From Candidatus Spongiisociaceae bacterium (GTDB lineage Bacteria > Actinomycetota > Acidimicrobiia > Spongiisociales > Spongiisociaceae), in assembly GCA_965262915.1 (NCBI GenBank), contig OZ253564.1:4608001-4672000 (forward strand): a stretch of 64,000 nt of DNA, given 5' to 3'. This document shows positions 28,563-37,608 of this stretch, piece after piece (position 1 is the stretch's first letter; each line of letters starts with the position of its first letter). Under the pieces are notes generated by a model. The model saw only the letters and a list, made by a program, of their open reading frames with translations, did not search any database and was not told the origin of the DNA. The position numbers were made by a program, and so were the translations under genes.

Positions 28563-29618
28563 ATGTCGTTACGAGAATGCCTCGACAAGATACGCCGGTC
28601 GCCTGTTCCCGCAAACGAGCAGGAGACCATCACTACGATCCTGATGATCCTTAGGGATCTTGGTTGGGATCCATTCGGGGAAGAGGTACGACAAGAATAC
28701 GCAGTTGGCGGCGGAAGGGTCGATATCGCACTGATCGGGCCGCGCCGTGCAGTTGCGTTCATCGAAGCCAAGTCTGCGCGGGTAGATCTGAACGCTCATG
28801 TCGAGCAGGTTGTGAAGTATGCCTTTCACGAAGGCGTGGACATCTGTGTGCTCACCAACGGACTGGAATGGTGGCTATACCTTCCACGGGAACGAGATCC
28901 GTTTGAGCAGCGCCGGTTTTCCGTATTGAAGACCCACGAAGGCCCGATTCGGCGGCTAGTTAGCCACTTTGAGTCCTTCCTGAGCAAGGAAAGCTTGTTG
29001 AGCGGCCAAGCAGAGAAACGGGGGAAACAGACATTGCAAGCTAAGCGCGAGGCCGACTACCTTGCGGCTGAGCTCCCAGAACTCTGGAAGCAAATGCTTG
29101 CCGAGCCCGATGACGGATTAGTGGAACTGATCGGCAAACGTGCGTACGAGCAGCTGAATGCGCGTCCGACCAAGGAGCAGACATCTGCGCTACTCCGAAG
29201 TTCACCTTTGCTCAGTTCGGTGCCTGATACGGGGACCTCCCCGATAGCGAGGGAGAAGCCGTCCATCCCCACTCCAAGATCGAGCGGTACGCGGAAACCC
29301 ACTGGAGTCCGGATCCGGGGGTCACGGTACTATGTGAAACACTGGAGAGATGGGATAGACGTAGTCCGCAGGTTGGCTGAAGTGCTCTATCAGCAGCACG
29401 GGACGGACTTCGAAGAGTTTGTCCTAGCCCACCGGACCAGCGGCGGCAACCCAATCGCCTCTCGTAACCCCGACGACCTGCGCGGACCAACTCGTTTAGG
29501 TTCGACCGATGTCTTCGTGGAGACGGATTTGAATGCTGCGCAGATGCTGTCTAGGGCGTCCTTCCTACTTAGGAACTTCCGGCAGCAAGGTTCCGACCTC
29601 AAGATCCTGTACGACTGA
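28563..29618 (+). CDS. Stand-alone HsdR N-terminal-type (PD-(D/E)xK) nuclease with a C-terminal putative DNA-binding domain
   Basis: NEQET..LGWD..EY..RVDIAL..FIEAK..QVVKYA..LTNG.EW; C-terminal YVKHW...VFVETDLNAAQM domain; lower GC than neighbours. Confidence 0.82.
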   Translation: MSLRECLDKIRRSPVPANEQETITTILMILRDLGWDPFGEEVRQEYAVGGGRVDIALIGPRRAVAFIEAKSARVDLNAHVEQVVKYAFHEGVDICVLTNGLEWWLYLPRERDPFEQRRFSVLKTHEGPIRRLVSHFESFLSKESLLSGQAEKRGKQTLQAKREADYLAAELPELWKQMLAEPDDGLVELIGKRAYEQLNARPTKEQTSALLRSSPLLSSVPDTGTSPIAREKPSIPTPRSSGTRKPTGVRIRGSRYYVKHWRDGIDVVRRLAEVLYQQHGTDFEEFVLAHRTSGGNPIASRNPDDLRGPTRLGSTDVFVETDLNAAQMLSRASFLLRNFRQQGSDLKILYD

Positions 29619-29644
29619 ACAGTGCAAACAATACGAACTGGTAC

Positions 29645-29690
29645 CCAACCACCAACCACCAACCACCAACCACCAACCACCAACCACCAA
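29645..29690. repeat. Heptamer tandem repeat (CCAACCA) x6.5
   Basis: Perfect tandem copies between the nuclease gene and murA. Confidence 0.95.
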
Positions 29691-29734
29691 ATCACCGGTA
29701 GAGGCCCGAGTTCCTACTACCCTGAAACCCCGTC

Positions 29735-31015
29735 ATGACTAGTTTCCTGGTGCGGGGGCCTACGCGGCTGAGTGGCCACTTCGAGCCGGCGGGTAACAAG
29801 AACGCAACGCTGCCCATCGTGGCGGCCTGCCTCCTGACCGAGGAAGCGGTCACTCTTCACAACGTGCCGCAGATCGGGGACGTGGGGTCTCTGCTCGCGA
29901 TCCTGGAGGACATGGGGGCCCGAGTCGAACGCTTGGCCCCGAGAACGATCCGGATCACCTGTAACGGGATCACCACGTCGCACATATCGGTCGAGCGGGC
30001 CACCAAGATCCGGGCCTCGATCCTGCTGGCCGGACCTGCGGTGGCCCGGTTCGGGGAGGTGGTGATCCCGCCCCCCGGAGGAGACGTGATCGGGCGACGG
30101 CGGATCGATACCCACGTGCGGGGTCTCGAGGGCTTGGGCGCCGACTACCGGTTCGTCAACGGGCATCGCTTCCGGGCCGGGACGCTCAAAGGCTCGGTGG
30201 TGTTCCTCGACGAACCGTCGGTCACCGCCACCGAGAACCTGATCATGGCGGCCGTGCTGGCCGACGGCGCCACCACGATCGAGAACGCCGCCTGCGAGCC
30301 GCACGTCCAGGACCTGTGCGGGTTCCTCAACACCTTGGGGGCCCGCATCAGCGGAATCGGCAGCAACATCCTCCGGATCCGGGGAGTGGACCGCCTGAGT
30401 GGCGGCACCTACACCATCTGCCCGGATCACATCGAGGTGGGGAGCGTGATGGCGTTGGCCGCCGTCACCCGGTCGCCGATAACGATCGGAGGCGTCCGGC
30501 CCGACGTGTACAAACCCATCGACCTGGCGTGGCAGCGGCTGGGGATCGACTACGAGTTCCTCCCCGGAAGTCGGGCCAGGATGTCCCATGACCCTACCCT
30601 GACCGTCTCGGCCGACCTCGGGGGCGCCATCCCCAAGATCGAGGACGGGCCATGGCCGTCCTTCCCGGCCGACCTGACCTCCATCGCCTTGGTAGCCGCC
30701 ACCCAGGCAGATGGATCCATCATGATCCACGAGAAGATGTTCGAGTCGAGGATGTTCTTCGTCGACCGCCTCATCGCCATGGGCGCCCGCATCGTCCTGT
30801 GCGACCCCCACCGGGCGGTGGTGGTCGGTCCGACCGCCCTCCGACCGAGCCGGATGGCCAGCCCCGACATCCGGGCCGGAATGGCGTTGCTGATCGCCGC
30901 CCTGGTCGCCGAAGGCGAGAGCCGGATCGACCACGCGGAGCAGATCGAGCGCGGTTACGAAGCTATCGACCGCCGCCTGTCCGCTCTGGGTGCCCAGATA
31001 GAACGGCTCGACTGA
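29735..31015 (+). CDS. murA: UDP-N-acetylglucosamine 1-carboxyvinyltransferase
   Basis: GNKNATLP, IRASILLAGP, PGGDVIGRR (Asp at the fosfomycin-target Cys position), PDIRAG, IERGYE. Confidence 0.95.
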   Translation: MTSFLVRGPTRLSGHFEPAGNKNATLPIVAACLLTEEAVTLHNVPQIGDVGSLLAILEDMGARVERLAPRTIRITCNGITTSHISVERATKIRASILLAGPAVARFGEVVIPPPGGDVIGRRRIDTHVRGLEGLGADYRFVNGHRFRAGTLKGSVVFLDEPSVTATENLIMAAVLADGATTIENAACEPHVQDLCGFLNTLGARISGIGSNILRIRGVDRLSGGTYTICPDHIEVGSVMALAAVTRSPITIGGVRPDVYKPIDLAWQRLGIDYEFLPGSRARMSHDPTLTVSADLGGAIPKIEDGPWPSFPADLTSIALVAATQADGSIMIHEKMFESRMFFVDRLIAMGARIVLCDPHRAVVVGPTALRPSRMASPDIRAGMALLIAALVAEGESRIDHAEQIERGYEAIDRRLSALGAQIERLD

Positions 31016-31033
31016 GGCCCGTTCTCGCCACTA

Positions 31034-31195
31034 GTGGTCTGTCTGTGAAATAGCGGCGTGGCATGCGCCGGCAGCGGCGTTCCTCGCAAGGCCCGCCGAC
31101 GATGGCGTACCCGTAGCGTACGTCGAGGAGGCGGAACGCAGCGAGGTGCGTTGTTGGCAAGCAGGGCACGGCAAGTTGTTTTGCAGACAGACCAC
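31034..31195 (+). mobile_element. MITE family A, full-length copy (162 bp)
   Basis: TIRs GTGGTCTGTCTGTGAAA / TTTGCAGACAGACCAC, preceded by CTA; closely similar to 35150-35311. Confidence 0.88.
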
Positions 31196-31203
31196 CAGAT
31201 CTC

Positions 31204-31986
31204 CTACCTGGCGCCACGCGGATCCCAACTGAAGAACCGGGTGACGATCACGGTGCCGGCCACCAGCCAGGCGACCATGATCCCTATGTCCTCCCAGCCG
31301 AGAACCTGTCCGGTATGGAGCGGGTTGAAGGCATCACCGAACGGGCCGGCGAAATGCTTGAGCGGGAAGATATCTCCCAGGATCACCAGCCACCGCGGGG
31401 CCTCGTCGAGCGGGATGAAGATGCCGGAGATAAAGGCCATCGGGAGGAAGACACCGTTGGCGACAGCCGGGGCCGCATCGGCGTTCTTCATGACGGAGGA
31501 TACGGCGAGTCCGAGAGCGGAGAACGTGGCGATACCCACCACGAAAACCAGCAGCACCAGGCCGATGTCGTCCCATATCATGCGAAATCCGAAGAACGCC
31601 CAGCCGATGACGAACATCAGCACCACCGACAGGACAGCGATCCAGACGCCGGAGCAGATCTCTCCCGCCATGTAGATCCAGGGGGGCAGGGGGGTTCCAC
31701 GTACCCGCTTGAGAATGCCCTGGTCACGGGCGAAGGCGGTCCTGATCGCCAGGTTGGTGAAGGTGGAGGATACCGCCGCGAACACGGCCATCGACGGTGC
31801 GAAGAACTGCGAGAAGCTGTACCCGCCACCTATGTCCTCACTGCCGAAGATGACACTGAACAACACCAGGAAGATCACCGGGAGGGCCAGCGTGAAGAAA
31901 GCCGCGATCGGGGTCCTCCAGAACAGCCGGTTGGTGCTGCGAGTCTGCAACCAGACCTGTTGAAGGGCGGTCCTGGCGCCACTCAT
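31204..31986 (-). CDS. ABC-2 type exporter permease
   Basis: Six TM helices, RDQGILKRVRGTP, FISGIFIP, FPLKHF. Confidence 0.9.
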   Translation of the reverse strand: MSGARTALQQVWLQTRSTNRLFWRTPIAAFFTLALPVIFLVLFSVIFGSEDIGGGYSFSQFFAPSMAVFAAVSSTFTNLAIRTAFARDQGILKRVRGTPLPPWIYMAGEICSGVWIAVLSVVLMFVIGWAFFGFRMIWDDIGLVLLVFVVGIATFSALGLAVSSVMKNADAAPAVANGVFLPMAFISGIFIPLDEAPRWLVILGDIFPLKHFAGPFGDAFNPLHTGQVLGWEDIGIMVAWLVAGTVIVTRFFSWDPRGAR

Positions 31987-32888
31987 TCGACTCCCTCCTC
32001 GTCCCCACCCACTATCCCCAGGTAGATGTCCTCGAGGCTGGGCCGGGTTACTTCCAGACCGGTCAACTCCAGACCCCGGCCGGTGGCCCAACCGGTGAGC
32101 CTGTACAACGTGGCGGTCGGATCGGTCGTGCGGTACGTCACGCTGTGCCCGACCACTTCGGGAGTGTCCGCCAGGGCGGGCAGGTCTGCCGCGTCGATAA
32201 GACTGAACCGGATGGTCGTCACCGGTCTGGCTTCGCCCAACGTTTCGGGGGTGCCTTCGGCGACGATCCTCCCCCCGTCTAGCACGGCTATCCGGTCGGC
32301 TAGGTGCTGGGCCTCGTCGAGGTAGTGGGTGGTCAGCAGAATGGTCTTGCCCAGGGCGGTCAGCCCCTCAACCAGTTTCCAGGACTTGCGGCGGGCGGCC
32401 GGGTCGAATCCCGTAGTCGGCTCATCGAGGAAGATCAGATCCGGATCACCGACCAAACCGAGGGCAAGGTCGAGCCGGCGGCGCTGACCCCCCGACAGGG
32501 TCTTGATGCGGGCGTCGGCCTTCTCCTCCAGCCCCACCAGGGAGATCAGCTCGTCCGGCCGGCGCCGGCGCCTATACGATGCGCCGTACAGGTCGATGGT
32601 CTCCCGAACGGTCAACGCCTGTTCGATCCCCGTCTCTTGGAGAACGATCCCGATCCGGTCTCGGAACTCGCTCCCGCCTGTCGCCGGGTCGTAGCCCAGG
32701 ACATCGATCTCCCCGCGGTCGGCCCGTCGGTAACCCTCCAGTATCTCGACCGCCGTGGTCTTGCCGGCCCCGTTGGGACCCAGCAACGCCAACACCTCGC
32801 CTTCGGCCACGGTGAAGCTCACTCCGTCGAGCGCCACGACCGTTCCGTAACGTTTGGCTAGATCATTGACCGTTATGGCGGAAGGCAT
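31983..32888 (-). CDS. ABC exporter ATP-binding protein
   Basis: GPNGAGKTT, LSGGQRRR, IFLDEPTTG. Confidence 0.95.
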   Translation of the reverse strand: MPSAITVNDLAKRYGTVVALDGVSFTVAEGEVLALLGPNGAGKTTAVEILEGYRRADRGEIDVLGYDPATGGSEFRDRIGIVLQETGIEQALTVRETIDLYGASYRRRRRPDELISLVGLEEKADARIKTLSGGQRRRLDLALGLVGDPDLIFLDEPTTGFDPAARRKSWKLVEGLTALGKTILLTTHYLDEAQHLADRIAVLDGGRIVAEGTPETLGEARPVTTIRFSLIDAADLPALADTPEVVGHSVTYRTTDPTATLYRLTGWATGRGLELTGLEVTRPSLEDIYLGIVGGDEEGVE

Positions 32889-32937
32889 ACGAAGGGAAGG
32901 ATAGCCCCGGCGTGAAGCTGTGAGAAAAGACCCGGGG

Positions 32938-33013
32938 TGGTGGCCAGGCCCGGCGTCGATCCGGGGACCTCTGCTTTTTCAGAGCAGCGCTCTACCGACT
33001 GAGCTACCTGGCC
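32938..33013 (-). tRNA. tRNA-Phe(GAA)
   Basis: GGCCAGG acceptor stem, anticodon arm CTGCT-CTGAAAA-AGCAG, encoded CCA. Confidence 0.95.
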
Positions 33014-33052
33014 GTTACCTACGAGGACCGACCCGCGCTGGTCGGTCCTCCG

Positions 33053-33130
33053 TGGCGGGGACGACGGGATTTGAACCCGCGACCTCCGGCTTGACAGGCC
33101 GGCGTGAACTCCAGGCTTCACCACGCCCCC
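33053..33130 (-). tRNA. tRNA-Asp(GTC)
   Basis: Anticodon arm CCGGC-CTGTCAA-GCCGG, GGTTCAAATCC, encoded CCA. Confidence 0.96.
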
Positions 33131-33263
33131 GTACAATCCCCCAGGATACCGCGATTCCGTACGGTAATCCAGAGGACCCGGTTGGAACGAGCATTATAGG
33201 CCGGCCTCGATTCACCGTCCGTCGGGAATCGCCGTCGACTCCGGGTCGAGCCGGACGACCGAG

Positions 33264-33331
33264 TCGATGACAAAATGCCAGGTCAGCGGATGACGGGCCA
33301 ACTATCTACCCGTTTTGCAGCACCCTCCTCG
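33264..33331 (-). mobile_element. MITE family B, partial copy supplying the vapC stop codon
   Basis: TCGATGACAAAATGCCAGGTCAGCGGATGACGGGCCAACTATCTACCCGTTTTGCAGCACCCTCCTCG aligns with the reverse complement of 38787-38892. Confidence 0.8.
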
Positions 33332-33737
33332 GACGAGGAAGTCGGCCGGTGGCAGGGAACACCTCGATTTCATAAGGGGCGAAGGCTGAATCGGCAGTCA
33401 TGATCGGAACCCCGAGTTCCATAGCCTGGGCAACCAACAACCGATCAAACGGATCCCGATGATGGAGGGGCAGTCCTTCGACACGGAGCGCGTGAACGTG
33501 CTCGATCGCCACGGGCGTGAGACCACTCGTCCGGATGCGATCCGTGACATAGTGAGATGGCAGATCGGGGAGAGATAGCCTTCCGAGAGCGTACTTGATC
33601 GCTATCTCCCACGAGCTGACCGCTGAGAAGAGCAGCGTATTCGCACCGTCCCTGAGAGTTGCGCGTGCGGTACTAGACATGCGGGCGGACGACACGTGCA
33701 TCCACAGAAACACTTGGGTATCGAGGAGAATCCTCAC
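33306..33737 (-). CDS. VapC-family PIN-domain toxin
   Basis: ILLDTQVFLW, SSWEIAIK, HRDPFDRLLVAQA, TAD. Confidence 0.93.
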   Translation of the reverse strand: MRILLDTQVFLWMHVSSARMSSTARATLRDGANTLLFSAVSSWEIAIKYALGRLSLPDLPSHYVTDRIRTSGLTPVAIEHVHALRVEGLPLHHRDPFDRLLVAQAMELGVPIMTADSAFAPYEIEVFPATGRLPRPRRVLQNG

Positions 33738-33964
33738 CCTTCGAAATACCTGAGCAGATCATCGGGGAGAAGGTCATTGAAGTTATCGGGCACCTCGAAA
33801 GCGCCGGCATCGCGATCCAGCACGCGGTCGGAGGACTCCTCGATCCCGAGCAGCCTGGCCACCGGCTTCCCACTGCGAGTGATCACGATCTCCTCACCGG
33901 CGTTGACACGTCTTATCAACCTGGAGAGGTTGGTCTTCGCCTCATGTACTCCGACGGCCGCCAT
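33734..33964 (-). CDS. Phd/YefM family antitoxin
   Basis: VGVHEAKTNLSRLI..GEEIVITRSGKPVARL. Confidence 0.93.
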   Translation of the reverse strand: MAAVGVHEAKTNLSRLIRRVNAGEEIVITRSGKPVARLLGIEESSDRVLDRDAGAFEVPDNFNDLLPDDLLRYFEG

Positions 33965-34124
33965 ATCCCTCCCTCCTCAGCTCCCAACAGCCTGGCTAAC
34001 TGTTCTAGTCGAGTGTGAAGTCGGACAACACGATCCGGTCCGAGCCTGGTACGCAACAGACTCAACCGGAGGCGGCGGATACCGGCCATCGAGCCGACAA
34101 TACCGGTACTTCTCTATCGATCGC

Positions 34125-35147
34125 TCAATCGAGGAACGAGGCCAGGACCTCCAGCAGGACATCGACATCGTGGTCGTCCACATCGAGATGGGTCACGATA
34201 CGGCACGAGCGCTCGTCCCGGCCGGACATCGCCACGCCGGCTTGGGCGGCCAACTCGAGGAGTCGGGGACCGCTCGGACCTTCCTCCCCGATCCGGAACA
34301 CCACGATGTTGGTCTCGACCGGGAGAACCTCCTCGACCAGTGACATCTCGGACAGGGCCTTCCCGATCCGGGCCGCCCGGGCATGGTCCTCGGCCAGCCG
34401 TTCCACGTGATGGTCGAGGGCGTAGAGACCCATGGCGGCCAAGATGCCCGACTGGCGCATCGCCCCTCCCCACTGCTGCTTCCATCGCCAGGCCTGATCT
34501 ATGAAGTCCCGGCTGCCCGCCAGAACCGCTCCGACCGCGGCTCCGAGGCCCTTGGTCAGATCGATCCAGACGCTGTCCATGCCCCGCGCGAACCGGGCGG
34601 CCGGGACACCGGTGGCCACGACCGCGTTCAGCAGGCGCGCCCCGTCCATGTGGGTGGCCAAGCCGGCGCCGTGGGCTACCTCGACCACCTCGTCGATGAG
34701 TTTCGCCGGCCAGATGGAACCGCCGGCCAGATTGGCGGTCTGTTCGATCGAGACGAGACGCGAGCGGGGCGCGTAGCGGGATGCAGAGCGGATCGCCTCC
34801 CTGACCTGCTCCGCCGTGAAGCGGCCCCGGTCCCCGTCCAAGGTGGAGACCATGACGCCGGAGAGCATCGCCGCACCCCCGGACTCGAAACCCACGATGT
34901 GGCTCGACCGGTCACAGATCACCTCGTCACTGGGCTGGGTATGGACCTTGATGGCGATCTCGTTGCACATGGACCCCGACGGAAGAAAGACCGCCGCCTC
35001 CTTCCCGAGCAGATCGGCCACCCGGCGTTCCAGGAGAATGGTGGTCGGGTCCTCGAACCGCTGCTCGTCACCGACCTCCGCGTCCATGACGGTCGCCAGC
35101 ATCGCCCTGGTGGGCCTGGTCTGCGTATCGGAGTAGAAGTTGTGCAT
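34125..35147 (-). CDS. ltaE: Low-specificity L-threonine aldolase
   Basis: SDTQTRPT, EDPT, PSGSMCN, HMDGARL, TKGLGAAVG, GGAMRQSG; start ATG at 35147 directly beside the MITE. Confidence 0.9.
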   Translation of the reverse strand: MHNFYSDTQTRPTRAMLATVMDAEVGDEQRFEDPTTILLERRVADLLGKEAAVFLPSGSMCNEIAIKVHTQPSDEVICDRSSHIVGFESGGAAMLSGVMVSTLDGDRGRFTAEQVREAIRSASRYAPRSRLVSIEQTANLAGGSIWPAKLIDEVVEVAHGAGLATHMDGARLLNAVVATGVPAARFARGMDSVWIDLTKGLGAAVGAVLAGSRDFIDQAWRWKQQWGGAMRQSGILAAMGLYALDHHVERLAEDHARAARIGKALSEMSLVEEVLPVETNIVVFRIGEEGPSGPRLLELAAQAGVAMSGRDERSCRIVTHLDVDDHDVDVLLEVLASFLD

Positions 35148-35149
35148 CA

Positions 35150-35311
35150 GTGGTCTGTCTGTGAAATGGCGTCGGGATGTGCGCCGGCAGCGGCGTTCCT
35201 CGCAAGGCCCGCCGACGAAGGCGTACCGGTAGCGTACATCGAGGAGGCGGAACGCCGCGAGGGGCGCCGCTGGCAAGCAGAGCACGACAGGTTGTTTTGC
35301 AGACAGACCAC
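35150..35311 (+). mobile_element. MITE family A, full-length copy (162 bp)
   Basis: Same TIRs and interior as the 31034 copy; followed by TA. Confidence 0.88.
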
Positions 35312-35333
35312 TACCGCCTCCTGGTGAGCTCTG

Positions 35334-36608
35334 TCATCTCCGGGTCACCACCTGCCCGCGCTCGGGGCCGACCGACACCCAGTTCACGGGTACGCCCACG
35401 TGCTCCTCGATGAACCCGATGTACCGGCGGGCCTCGACCGGGAGGTCGTCGAAGTCCCGTGCACCCGATATGTCCTCGTCCCACCCCGCCAACTCGGTAT
35501 AGATCGGCACGCACTTGTACAGGACCCGCTGCTGCCGGGGGAACTCGGTGTAGGTCACGCTGGCCGACGTGTAGCCGGTCGCAACCCTGATCGTATCGAA
35601 TCCGGACAGGATGTCGAGTTTGGTGATGAAGAGATCGGTGAGCGAATTGACCCGCCGGGCGTAGCGAAGAGCCACCAGGTCCAGCCAGCCGCACCGGCGG
35701 CGGCGCCCCGTAACCGTACCGAACTCCCGTCCGACCGTCACCATCCGGTCACCCGACTCATCGAAGAGTTCGGTGGGAAACGGACCGCTCCCGACCCGTG
35801 ATATGTAGGCCTTGGCGACCCCCACCACCCGGTCTATCACCTTGGGACCGACCCCGGAGCCGATCGCGGCACCCCCCGCGGTGGGGTTCGAGGAGGTCAC
35901 GAAAGGATAGGTGCCGTGATCGATGTCGAGCAGCGTGCCCTGCGCACCCTCGAACAGCACGGTCCTGCCGTCCTGGATCGCCTCCCATATCAGGTAGGAG
36001 GTGTCCTCCACCAGCGGCAACAGGCGGTCCGCGTACCCGAGGTACTCCTCGACGATCCCCTCGGCCTTCATCGGCAGCTGGTTGTAGACCCGGGTGAGGA
36101 TCTTGTTCTTCTCCGCCAGGACCGCTTCGAGTTTGTCCCCGAAGATGTCGGGATCGAACAGGTCCTGGACCCGGATGCCGCTACGGGCGACCTTGTCCGT
36201 GTAGGCAGGACCGATGCCCCTCTTGGTGGTTCCGATCCGATTTCGGCCCAGATAGCGCTCCATGACCGTGTCCAGCTTGCGGTGATAGGGCATGATCAGA
36301 TGGGCGTTGCCCGAGAGGCGCAGCCGGGAAGGGTCGATCCCTCGACTCCGGAGCATCCCTATCTCGGCCAGCAGGACCCGGAGATCGATCACCACCCCTG
36401 AGGCGATCACCGGAACCACGCTCGGATACATCACCCCGGAGGGCACCAGCGACAGGGCGAAGCGTTCCGACCCAACGACGATGGTGTGCCCGGCGTTGTT
36501 GCCCCCCTGGTACCGGACCACGTAGTCCGCCTCCCGTGCGAACAGGTCCGTGACCCGGCCCTTGCCCTCGTCGCCCCACTGGGCGCCTACCACTACCGTC
36601 GCCGGCAT
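35334..36608 (-). CDS. purA: Adenylosuccinate synthetase
   Basis: GAQWGDEGKG, QGGNNAGHT, GTTKRGIGP, EGAQG..DHGTYPFVTSS. Confidence 0.97.
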   Translation of the reverse strand: MPATVVVGAQWGDEGKGRVTDLFAREADYVVRYQGGNNAGHTIVVGSERFALSLVPSGVMYPSVVPVIASGVVIDLRVLLAEIGMLRSRGIDPSRLRLSGNAHLIMPYHRKLDTVMERYLGRNRIGTTKRGIGPAYTDKVARSGIRVQDLFDPDIFGDKLEAVLAEKNKILTRVYNQLPMKAEGIVEEYLGYADRLLPLVEDTSYLIWEAIQDGRTVLFEGAQGTLLDIDHGTYPFVTSSNPTAGGAAIGSGVGPKVIDRVVGVAKAYISRVGSGPFPTELFDESGDRMVTVGREFGTVTGRRRRCGWLDLVALRYARRVNSLTDLFITKLDILSGFDTIRVATGYTSASVTYTEFPRQQRVLYKCVPIYTELAGWDEDISGARDFDDLPVEARRYIGFIEEHVGVPVNWVSVGPERGQVVTRR

Positions 36609-36610
36609 CC

Positions 36611-37165
36611 CTACCCTCCGGTCCGGGCAGGCGTATCCCAATCCCGGATATCCCGCCCGGCCTCGATCGAGAGGATATCGAGCGCCGCGGCCGCCCCGTC
36701 GCCTGCCGAGATGATCGCCTGGGCGCGCGCCGGCCGGGTCGCCCTCCCGACCACGTATACCCGGTCCATCGAGGAGCGACCGTTGCGATCCACCACGAAA
36801 GCCCCCGAGTCGTCCTGCTCCAGACCGAGCACCGCGGCCAGCCGCGGTTTGCCACCCTCGGCGAGTACCAGGTAGTCACCCCGGCATTCCCCGCCGGGAT
36901 GGACGACGAAGCCATCCGCACCGGTGGCGATCTGCTCCACCTCCTCCATGACCATCCGGGCACCGAACCCTTGCACCTGGGCGCGGGCGACCTCCTGGAG
37001 GGCGGTGCCGCCGATGTCGGGAGCGCCCAGGTAGTTGTAGAGATGCGCGTAGTTCATACCGGTCCGGTCCATACCGAACACGGTTACGTCCTGGTTGGCC
37101 TTCGCCAGGAACAGGGCGGCGCTCAGCCCTCCGGGGCCATCGCCCACGATGATGATCCTCGCCAT
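36611..37165 (-). CDS. Short NAD(P)/FAD-dependent oxidoreductase (thioredoxin reductase-like, FAD domain only)
   Basis: IIIVGDGPGGLSAALFLAK, NYLG, QAIISAGDGAAAALD. Confidence 0.85.
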   Translation of the reverse strand: MARIIIVGDGPGGLSAALFLAKANQDVTVFGMDRTGMNYAHLYNYLGAPDIGGTALQEVARAQVQGFGARMVMEEVEQIATGADGFVVHPGGECRGDYLVLAEGGKPRLAAVLGLEQDDSGAFVVDRNGRSSMDRVYVVGRATRPARAQAIISAGDGAAAALDILSIEAGRDIRDWDTPARTGG

Positions 37166-37341
37166 GGTCTACCCTCCACCATCTCTCGAACGCCGGCCTG
37201 CTCAGTCGACCGGTTCAAGGGAAGAGGATAGGTAATCGGGTGTGGCATACCGGCGCCGGGGAAGGAAGCCTCCGCCGAGCGGCCGGTTCCGCCCACCCTA
37301 TCCGGAGACCGGAATCGGGTCCTCCTCCTAGAAGATCTCCC

Positions 37342-37593
37342 CGAGGAGGGTGGCGAGAAACCCCTTCACGGCCCGTCGACCGATGACCAAGAGGGCTAGC
37401 GGATAAGTGCTCACCTGGGGAGACACGGACTGCGACATTTCAAGAGCCGCCCGCGATGACCTGGGGTTTCCCGACCAGCAGCCGCCTCGGAATGACCACA
37501 CAGGCGAGCGCGCTCCGCCTATCCGCTAGCCCTCTATGCCTGTTCAGAGGAAGACGGGCCGTTGCTCCCCACCGTTTTGCAGCCCCCTCCTAG
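37342..37593 (-). mobile_element. MITE family B copy interrupted by a family C element
   Basis: 37342-37389 joined to 37536-37593 aligns end to end with the reverse complement of 38787-38892. Confidence 0.8.
37390..37535. mobile_element. MITE family C (146 bp) with perfect 16-bp TIRs
   Basis: AGAGGGCTAGCGGATA at 37390 and TATCCGCTAGCCCTCT at 37520-37535. Confidence 0.8.
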
Positions 37594-37608
37594 CTAGGGT
37601 GACCTCCG

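Noticed and set aside
35148-35285. N-terminal extension of ltaE in the ORF track (similarly 21097-21159 and small ORFs at 30963-31228)
   Set aside because: These are open frames running through MITE-A sequence, not protein domains
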